A program made the translations under genes and the position numbers. Under the pieces are notes generated by a model. That model saw only the letters and a list, made by a program, of their open reading frames with translations. It was not told the origin of the DNA and did not search any database. A DNA stretch of 64,000 nucleotides, taken from NCBI GenBank assembly GCA_951406725.2, contig OX597834.1:15872001-15936000 (forward strand), given 5' to 3'. The DNA is from Octopus vulgaris (taxonomy: Eukaryota). This document shows, piece after piece, positions 53,925-64,000 of the stretch (the first letter of the stretch is position 1; each line of letters opens with the position of its first letter).

Positions 53925-54090
53925 TATATACGATGGGCTTCTTTCAGTTTCCGTCTACCAAATCCACTCACAAGGCTTTTGGTCGGCCCGAGGCTATAGT
54001 AGAAGACACTTACCCAAGGTGCCACGCAGTGGGACTGAACCCGGAACCATGTGGTTGGTAAGCAAGCTACTTACCACACAGCCACTCCTG
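53461..54090 (-). mobile_element. CORE-type SINE with duplicated head (further copies 55304-55746 -, 56894-57315 -, 58380-58794 +, 59940-60238 -)
   Basis: Matches the family consensus. Confidence 0.85.
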
Positions 54091-55536
54091 AATCCTGCAT
54101 TATCTTGTAGCTTTGAGATTTCAATGATGTGGTTGCTTATTTTCAGAATAACATTGTGATAATGAGACTCTCTCTTTAATCATCCATTTTTCAGCCAAGC
54201 CTCGACTGGCTCCAGTGCTGGTGGCACATAAAAAGCACTATCCGAACGTGGCCGATGCCAGCGCCGCCTTTGCTGGCTTCCGTGCCGGTGGCACGTTAAA
54301 AGCACCAACCGATCGTGGATGATGCCGGACCCCCTCTGGCACCTGTGCAGGTGGCACGTAAAAAGCACCCACTACACTCGCGGAGTGGTTGGCGTTAGGA
54401 AGGGCATCCAGCTGTAGAAACTCTGCCAGATCAGACTGGAGCCTGGTGCAGCCCCCAGCTTCCCAGACCCCGGTCGAACTGTCCAACCCGTGCTAGCGCG
54501 GAAAACGGACGTTAAACGATGACGATGATGATGATGATGAATGTAGGGGTGAGAGGCCGATTCAGCCAGGTTGCTAACATCAAACCCTACAATAGACTGA
54601 AGAATACTGTGATCTCAGACACTTATATGCTTTGCAAATAGCAACCGGTTTTATGGTCCTTAAGGATCAAGAAAAAAGAAGAAAAAAATATTCAAGGTAG
54701 CTCCTCTTTTTCAAAACAGTTCGGTATATATGACTGCTATTTCTAGCTCACCAAGTGTCCACATAGAGGTTCCCTTGGCTTAATATCACAAAGTTGGTTC
54801 TCACTTGCTTCTTTGTACAGCCATGGCAGATAATAGACTCTCTCTTTAATCATCCATTTTTCAGCCAAGCCAAAAATGGCTCCCTTGCCAAATTTCCTCT
54901 TTCGTTGTCTTTCTTCATTTCTTTCCTTCTTTCTTTTTTTTTTTTTGTCACCTGACAAAAACTACCCCAAAAACATTCCAACTTTTCCACAACTCTCACG
55001 CCATTCATTATACCACAAAACCAAGCAATTAGTGAAAGTTTGCAAATGTGGTTACGTTTGTCTGCAGTATTATTGAATATCCGTAGTAGCGCTGTGAATA
55101 TAGAAATCCTCTGTGATACCATAAACATTAGAACACTTCTCTCCCTCTCCATCTCTCTCTCCCTCTCTCCTTCTCTCTGACAGAGGACTTTGCTCAATAC
55201 ATCAAGAATCTCAACATCCGTTCTACTCTACTCAGCCCCAAGGTGTATAACAAACTTCACCAATTTACAGACTTCTCTTTATTCTTCTGGCATTCCGTTG
55301 GATACTCTCTCTTTACTCTTTAACTTGTTTCAGTCATTTGACTGTAGCCATGCTGGAGCACCACCTTTAGTCGAACAAAACGACCCCAGGACTTATTCTT
55401 TGTAAGCCCAGTACTTATTCTATTGGTCTCTTCTGCCGAACCACTAAGTTACGGGGACGTAAACACACCAGCATCGGTTGTCAAGCGATGTTGGGAGGAC
55501 AAACACAGACACACCAACATATACACACACATACAC

Positions 55537-55589
<53 letters not shown>

Positions 55590-56354
55590 TATGATGGGCT
55601 TCTTTCAGTTTCCGTCTACGAAATCCACTCACTTCGGTCGGCTCAAGGCTATAGTAGAAGACACTTGCCCAAGGTGCCACGCAGTGGGACTGAACCTGGA
55701 ACTATGTGGTTCGTAAGCAAACTACTTACCACACAGCCACTCCTATGACAAGGGTTCCAGTTGATCCCGGCCAAAGGAACAGCCTGCTCATAAAATTAAC
55801 ATGCAAGTGGCTGAACAGTCCACAGACATAGTTCTCAGGGATACCGGCACAGGTGCCGGTAAGGCGATGCTGGTAACGATCATGCTCGAATGGTGTCTTT
55901 TACGTGCCACCGGCACGGAGGCCAGGTAGCCGCTCTGGCAATGATCGCTGACAATGGATGTTAAAAAATGATGAGGGTGATGATTATGTGATTTCAGAGA
56001 TATGTTTGTCTGGCATGAGATCTGAGCGAAGGCCATGCCTTGAAGCTAAAATAATTCACAGCAAGACACACACATGTATTAGCCATTCAAAAACAAACAA
56101 AAACTGCTGACTTTACTTAAACATTTATTATTCAGTGTCGAAACATTTGTCGCACAAACTGCGACTTGGTCACAGACACCAAATAATAAATGTTTCAACG
56201 AGCTTTCAATTGGCTTTAATGTGTCTTCCATGCTGCAACTGCTTGTTCCGTGATAATTTTCAGAAATTACTGAGATGGTTTTCGAAAACAGTCGTTGAAA
56301 TGTTTACAGTAATTGCTACAGTGGTGCTTATTCTTTTCATTCTTTTACTTGTTA

Positions 56355-56722
56355 CAGTGGTTAGGGCAGCGGACTCGCGGTCATAGGATCGCGGTTTCAA
56401 TTCCCAGACTGGGCGTTGTGAGTGTTTATTGAGCAAAAACACCTAAAGCTCCACGAGGCTCCGGCAGGGGGTGGTGGTGATCCCTGCTGTACTCTTTCAC
56501 CACAACTTTCTCTCACTCTTACTTCCTGTTTCTGTTGTACCTGTATTTCAAAGGGCCGGCCTTGTCACTCTCTGTGTCACGCTGAATATCCCCGAGAACT
56601 ACGTTAAGGGTGCACGTGTCTGTGGAGTGCTCAGCCACTCACACGTTAATTTCACGAGCAGGCTGTTCCGTTGATTCGGATCAACCGGAACCCTGGTCGT
56701 CGTAACCGACGGAGTGCTTCCA
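56355..56722 (+). mobile_element. tRNA-derived SINE sharing its head with 35525-35825 but with a different tail
   Basis: Shared ..agactgggcg..tgagc.aaacaccta(a)agctcca..cacaactttctctcactctt, diverging afterwards; the tail is related to inverted 55750-55830. Confidence 0.6.
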
Positions 56723-57099
56723 TCCCATTAGACTGTGGCCATGCTGGGGCACCACCTCGAAAAATTTTAGCCAAACAAATTGATCTTAGTATTTATTTTT
56801 ATATTCTGTCTCGTGTCTGGAACATCAGAAAGTAATGAAACCAGGGAGTCGAAATACTTTTATTAGAGTTTACTAAGAAAGATAACCACCCCACTCTCTC
56901 TCTACTCTTTTACTTGTGTCAGTCATTTGACTGTGGCCATGCTGGAGCACCGCCTTTAGTCGAGCGAATCGACCCCAGGACTTATTCTTTGTAAGCCTAG
57001 TACTTATTCTATCACTCTCTTTTGCTGAACCGCTAAGTTATGGGGATGTAAACACACCAGCATCGGTTGTCAAGTGATGTTGGGGGGACAAACACACAC

Positions 57100-57142
<43 letters not shown>

Positions 57143-57319
57143 TATATACGACGGGCTTCTTTCAGTTTCCGTCTACCAAATCCACTCACAAGGCTTTGGT
57201 CGGCCCGGGGCTATAGTAGAAGACACTTGCCCAAGGTGCCACGCAGTGGGACTGAACGAACCCGGAACCATGTGGTTCGTAAGCAAGCTACTTACCACAC
57301 AGCCACTCCTACGCCTATG

Positions 57320-57370
<51 letters not shown>

Positions 57371-58110
57371 TTTTTTTAATCTCCCCACCAAAATACAATC
57401 TCTCTTTCATAGTATGCCGGGCGAGATACGAGTTACAAGAAAAATGAAATCAGCTAATCTCAAAGACGATAATAAATGCTATAAAACATAATCAGGGATT
57501 ATATGAAAAACGCAAAAGTAAAAAAAAGAGAATTATTTTCCTGCTGACAGCAGTACAGAGACTCTTGATATCTTTTAGATGTCTCGGCAACTGTAATTAG
57601 TCAGTAGTTCAAATGTATTGAAATAGTGTTGCTATATGTAGTGGAATATGTTTATATACCTATAACGGTAGAGTAACGGTATTTTATTTGGTGTCTATGG
57701 TGACCGTATATGCATCAGTGACTTAGTGGATGGAGAATACTCTGTCATTACGCTGGTGTTAGTTTGGAAATAAAAGTTTCTTCTGCTGAGTCTAGCCGAG
57801 TGTTATGTACATACACTCAAAGATAAGACATTTTGATGACAATCAGAGACGAAGTCAGTCGAGATGTAACGTCAGAGATGGGAATACTGGAGAAAAATAG
57901 TTGAAACGAAGAAAGAAAAAAAAAAAAAGAAAGAAAGAAAAACGAAAAAAAAAGAAAGAAAGAAAGAAATACGGTTCATCTCTAAAAGATGAGGTTAATA
58001 GCATGAGACTGGTAATCTTATTAACACAACTTGTCTCAGAGACGTAGCGAGGTTATAAAAACACACTGACACACAGACAGACATCAAAACAAGTAATAAA
58101 TGTTGCTTAC

Positions 58111-58170
58111 CAATATGTGCTCGTTGTAAATGTCCATCGACTCCTTGCAGGTAGGATATGGTGTGAGAGG
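58111..58170 (-). CDS. MAP3K7: TAK1/MAP3K7-like C-terminal region, first exon seen in window (PLTPYPTCKESMDIYNEHIL)
   Basis: Minus-strand acceptor gttgttgtaatttcag and donor gtaagc; 60 nt, phase 0/0. The peptide aligns without gaps to human TAK1 [20 protein letters not shown] (recalled sequence). Confidence 0.85.
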
Positions 58171-58536
58171 CTGAAATTACAACAACACAATATAAACCAT
58201 CGATAAAAATCATCAAAATATTGGTTTCAAATTTTAGCACAAGGCCAGCAATTTTTTTTTGGGTGGGGGGCGAGTCAATTACATCAACCCCCAATGCTCA
58301 ATTGGTATTTAGCTTATCAACCCCAGAAGGATGAAAGGCAAAGTTAACCCCGATAGAATTTGAACTCAGACCATAAAGATGGAGTGGCTGTGTGGTAAGT
58401 AGCTTGTTTACCAACCACATGGTTCCGGGTTCAGTCCCACTGCGTGGCACCTTGGGCAAGTGTCTTCTACTATAGCCTCGGGCCGACCAAAGCCTTGTGA
58501 GTGGATTTGGTAGACGGAAACTGAAAGAAGCCCGTC

Positions 58537-58576
<40 letters not shown>

Positions 58577-59116
58577 CTGTGTGTGTTTGTCCCCCTAGCA
58601 TTGCTTGACAACTGATGCTGGTGTGTTTATGTCCCCGTTACTTAGCGGTTCGGCAAAAGAGACCGATAGAATAAGTACTGGGCTTACAAAAAAGAATAAA
58701 TCCCGGGGTCGAGTTGCTCGATTAAAAGCAGTGCTCCAGCATGGCCGCAGTCAAATGACTGAAACAAGTAAAAGAGTAACAAAGAGTAAAGAGTATGAAC
58801 AAAGAGCCACTAAAGAATTTTGCCCAACGTACTCCTGATTCTGCCAGCTCACCACCACATAAAATACATATTCAAATTTTGGCACAAGGCCAGCAATTTT
58901 GGGAGAGCGGGTGGGTCAGTTACATCAACACCAGTGCTTAACTGGTACTTATTTTATCAAACCGAAGAGGATGATAAGCAAAGTTGACCTCAACGGAATT
59001 TGAACTCTGAATGTAAATGCAGGTAAAATGCTACAAAGCATTTTACCTGGTGTGATAATTGTCCCAGCCAGCTCACCACTTTATACAATAAAAATATCAA
59101 AAGTTATTAGCAACAA

Positions 59117-59513
59117 TCTTTATATATAAAAGAGAGGTTGTGTGTCTGTCTCCTACGATTTAGATTCCTAACTACTCCCATATTTTGCGGTGCAGTTTAA
59201 CCAAAACTGGGTATCTTATAGTCGTGATTCATATCGAGCCCTACTGGGTATTAGCGCGCGTCTATGATGAGTCTACAATTTAAAAAAAAATTTACCATCA
59301 TTTTTTTCCATTTTAATGCATTTTTTCGCTATTATATAAGGGAAGTAACTCTCTAAAAATGTCTACGATGAGTCAACGATTTAAAAAAAAATTTACCATC
59401 ATTTTTTTTCCATTTTTAATGAATTTTTTGCTATTTTTTGGCTATAACTTTCTAAAAATGCTTATATAGTTATTTCCCTTACAAACCCGAGTAACGCCAG
59501 ACGATACTGCTAG
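59117..59513 (+). mobile_element. Non-autonomous Helitron
   Basis: Inserted between A and T: 5' TCTTTATATATAAAAG, 3' decayed hairpin aacccgagtaacgccagacg then CTAG|T; internal duplication of about 60 bp. Confidence 0.85.
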
Positions 59514-60291
59514 TATATTCTAAAAATATTACATTTCTAAAACGGTTTCTCATAGCATCAAAACATTCTCCACAAACATCACAACAAAATTTTCCAGAAA
59601 CTTCACAACAGGCACAAGTCTGGCTGCGTGATTAAGAAGCTTGCTTTCTGAACATGTGGTCTCAGGTTTATCCCCACTAAGAGATTATCCTGGTCTGTGT
59701 GTCAACACTGTCAGAACAAGAGTACACTTAACCACACACACGACAGTCTTTTCAGTTCTGATCTACCAAATCCACTCTCAAAGCTTTGGGTGTCCTGGGG
59801 CTGTAGCACAACACACACATGCTCAAGGGGGACTGAATCCAAAACCACATGGTTGGGAAACAAACCTCTCAACCACACAGCCACTGAGCCAGTGGGAAGT
59901 AAAAAGCACCATCTGATCATGGTCAATGCCAGACCCCTCTGGCCCTTTTGCTGAACCACTAAGTGACGGGGACGAAAATACACCAGCATCAGTTGTCAAG
60001 CGATGGTTGGGAAGACAAACACAGACACACAAACATATACACACACAAACATATATATATGTATATACATATATACGAGGGGCTTCCTTCAGTTTCCGTC
60101 TACGAAATCCACTCACAAGGCTTTGGTCAGGCCAAGGCTATAGTAGAAGACATTTGCCCAAGGTGCCATGCAGTGGGAATGAACCCAGAACCATGTGGTT
60201 GGTAAGTAAGCTACTTATCACACAGCCACTCCTGCGCATATATATATATATATAAATATATACATATATATATATAATAATAATAATTAAA

Positions 60292-60481
60292 AATGTGACT
60301 GCATGTGTACCGTTGGCGATTTTTTTTCCTCCGTCTTCCCTTCTCTGGATCTTTCCTTTTCCTATGTTTCTGACGAAGAGCTCCGCTCGAAACGTTAAAC
60401 CCTCCTTCTTTCCTGAGCGTTCAATAATACTATATTTGTTCCACATCCTCGTGTTGTTGTGTTTTCATGTTTGGATTAACT
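60292..60481 (+). mobile_element. Short Penelope-type element carrying an intact minimal hammerhead
   Basis: Third copy of the family; flanked by TA-rich tracts. Confidence 0.7.
60366..60400 (+). ncRNA. Minimal type I hammerhead ribozyme motif
   Basis: GTTT-CTGACGA-A-GAGC-TCC-GCTC-GAA-ACGT-T-AAAC: stem I GTTT/AAAC, stem II GAGC/GCTC, palindromic ACGT in place of stem III, GUU cleavage triplet. Confidence 0.6.
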
Positions 60482-60859
60482 ATATATATATATATATATA
60501 TATTATACACACACACACGCACACAAAACCTCAAACATACATAGCGTATGTGTTTTGGTTTCCATGACAGGTACTGAAGTGCTCAGTATGTTCTGCTGAA
60601 AAAATGCGTAGAATCTATGGTGTGTGTGTGTGTGTGTGTGTGTGTATATTTATGAATTTAATAACATACACTCAAGCACACACATACCGACACAAACCAA
60701 CAAAAAAAAAAAAACAAAGAAAACCAGCAGAACACATACTTGTAGAATTATTCAACTGAAAATCTGGAGGGCAAGAAAACTTGCTACAAGTATTATTTAT
60801 CTTCCTTTTAGTTTGCATTCAGTTATTATCATCCTCATTGATATCATCATCAACATCAA

Positions 60860-60891
60860 CATCATTGTTGTTGCTGTTATTATTATTATTA

Positions 60892-60928
<37 letters not shown>

Positions 60929-61688
60929 CATTATTATCATGATCATTATTATTATTATTATCATTATTATTATCATTATTATTATCATCATTATTATTAT
61001 TATTACATCATCATCATCATCATCATTTAGCATCCGTTTTCCATGCTAGCATGGGTTGGACGGTTCAACTGGGGGTCTGGGAAGCCAGAAGGCTGCGCCA
61101 GGCCCAGTCTGATCTGGCAGTGTTTATACGGCTGGATGCCCTTCCTAACACCAACCACTCCGCGAGTGTAGTGGGTGCTTTTTACGTGCCACCTGCACAG
61201 GTGCCAGACGGAGCTGGCAAACGGCCACGAACGGATGGTGCTTTTACGTGCCACCGGCACGGAGGCCAGTCGGGGCGGCGCTGGCAACGGCCACGAACGG
61301 ATGGTGCTTCGTGGCCGTTACCAGCGCCGCCCCGACTGGCCTCCGTGCTGGTGGCACATAACTCATTATTATTATTATTACCATTATTATTACCATTATT
61401 ATTATCATTATTATCATTATTACCATTATTATTATTATTATTATTGACATTCATTTCTTTTCCACATTTTCAATTACATCTCTTTCACTTTATTTTTCAA
61501 ATTATCCATGTCAAAAGAAATCCTCAACATTATATTATTTATCACAGCCTTATCATTACTACTACTATTACTACTACTACTACAACTACTACTACTACTC
61601 TTCATTATCATTACGATTGGTATTATTGCTAATATCATTTTTATTAGTAGTATTATCATTAGCTTCTTCATCATCATCATTATTATTA

Positions 61689-61721
<33 letters not shown>

Positions 61722-61743
61722 CATTATTATATTATTATCATTA

Positions 61744-61789
<46 letters not shown>

Positions 61790-61836
61790 TCATTAATTCA
61801 GCCCATCTATTTTATTTCATTATTATTACAGTTCTA

Positions 61837-61890
<54 letters not shown>
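60860..61890. repeat. (ATT/CAT)n tracts surrounding a Meta-like SINE
   Basis: Read directly from the sequence. Confidence 0.9.
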
Positions 61891-62139
61891 TAGCATTTCG
61901 CTCTCTTTCAATTTTCTTTTCAACAATTTTGCCAAATTCTTTTTTTCTTATTTTCCTTCTTTTACTTATTATTTATTTTGTCTTTGCAACATGAGGCAAC
62001 AGCAACAACAGAACACTAAACCGAGACAAATATTTCAATTTATGTGGAAATGTTGGAAAAAGAAAACACACACACTTTTTAAGAACATGACCACTGGCAA
62101 TGAATTTTGAAGACTCCCATCCAACCCCTACCTCACACA

Positions 62140-62816
<677 letters not shown>

Positions 62817-63247
62817 TCCTCTTTTTCTATCTTTCTTTTCGCATTGTTCCAAATAAAAGAAAATTATCAAAGACAACAAATAATATGAAGTGACAACAAG
62901 GAAACAAGACAAAGATAAAAAGGAAAAAAAAAATGAACACACCACTATAATGCTGCTGCTGCTACTACTACTACTACTACTACCACTACCACTATTTGAA
63001 GTGATTTTTCCAAAGATAAAAAACGAAAACAAAACAGACAAAGAAACAAGAAAAAAAACACGCGCTCGCTCGCTAAAGTGGATTGAGCCCTTAAGGGCAA
63101 TGAAACGGGGTGTAGAGCAGAGCATACTTATTAGAACTTGAAAAGGGTGGGAGAGAGCAGCGGTGATGATGATGAGGATGATGGTGGTGATGATGATGAT
63201 GATGATGATGATGGTGGTGGTGATGATGATGGTGGTGATGATGATGG

Positions 63248-63278
<31 letters not shown>

Positions 63279-64000
63279 GATGATGATGGTGACGATGACG
63301 GTAGTGATGGTTACAATGATGGCGATGAGGAGAAGTGAAGAAGTTTACAAAAAAATATGGAGGTGTGCGGCAGGAGGCAGGGATAGAAACCGATTTTTTT
63401 CCCAGTAGTTCTTGTGAAACATCTCAAGTGGAATTGAAATTACTTTCCTGGCAATATGAAGACCACTTTCATCTCCTTCTACCCCTCACCTCCACCCACT
63501 CTCTCCCTCCCTCCTTCTTCTACCTTTTTTTTTTTTTTTTTTGCCTGGAAGAAATATCCCCCCTCCTCCTCTGCTTCCGCTTGGAAATCTTCACCTTGAT
63601 AAGAGATTTACTTCATCTTCATATTTGTTTTCTCCAAAGACCTATTGTAGCATCTGGTGAAGTGGCTACGCAGTGGTGGTGGTCGTGGTGGAGGTGGTGG
63701 TGGAGGTGGTGGTGGTGGTGGACTTCTGAGGGCCACAACAGTTGGCTAGCCATTTGTCCTCAGTCAGCAACATCTGCGTTCTGTCTATGTCCACTTGTTT
63801 TCTTTTCTTTGGTCTTTCTTTCTTTTGGAATGAAGGGCCTATGATGAGTTAAGCAGGAGCCTTCACCTGATCACTCATCACCATAATCACTTAACCATCA
63901 TCATTACCACCACCACCAATACCAACTTCATTATCATCACCACCACCAACACCAACTTCATCATCGCTTAATCACCACCACCACCAACAACTTCATCATC

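Noticed and set aside
54751-54951. Minus-strand segment with AG/GT boundaries and a protein-like ORF
   Set aside because: The open frame is not compatible with the phase-0 host intron (the in-phase reading hits TGA), and part of it is an A-rich tract.
55184-55242. Plus-strand candidate exon DFAQYIKNLNIRSTLLSPK after a pyrimidine tract
   Set aside because: The tract is a (CT)n microsatellite, the donor gtgtat is weak, and no partner exons were found.
60740-60763. Possible upstream TAK1 exon ending ..LQ|gtatgt
   Set aside because: In-frame TGA immediately upstream with either available acceptor; the true upstream exons probably lie beyond the window.

Overview
AT-rich, repeat-saturated animal genomic DNA. 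The SINE, LINE and microsatellite content points to an octopus or other cephalopod (inference). Almost all ORFs in the supplied track are microsatellite or SINE artefacts. Reading by eye found one convincing protein-coding gene that the ORF track does not reconstruct: four small minus-strand exons (58111-58170, 40249-40304, 23744-23822, 20057-20119) with canonical splice sites and matching phases. They splice to [85 protein letters not shown], which resembles the C-terminal TAB2/3-binding coiled-coil of TAK1/MAP3K7. The rest comprises a Helitron relic, a non-autonomous Helitron, CR1/L2-type and R4/Dong-type LINE fragments, Penelope-type fragments carrying minimal hammerhead ribozyme motifs, at least four SINE families and many simple repeats. 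The most notable observations are: (i) a SINE present as 2-, 3-, 3- and 4-unit multimers with an invariant junction, each bracketed by one target-site duplication; (ii) short hammerhead-bearing elements found inside (TA)n tracts; (iii) long intronic inverted repeats near the TAK1-like exons; (iv) candidate cassette or poison microexons; (v) a tandem unit made of two convergent tRNA-like heads.
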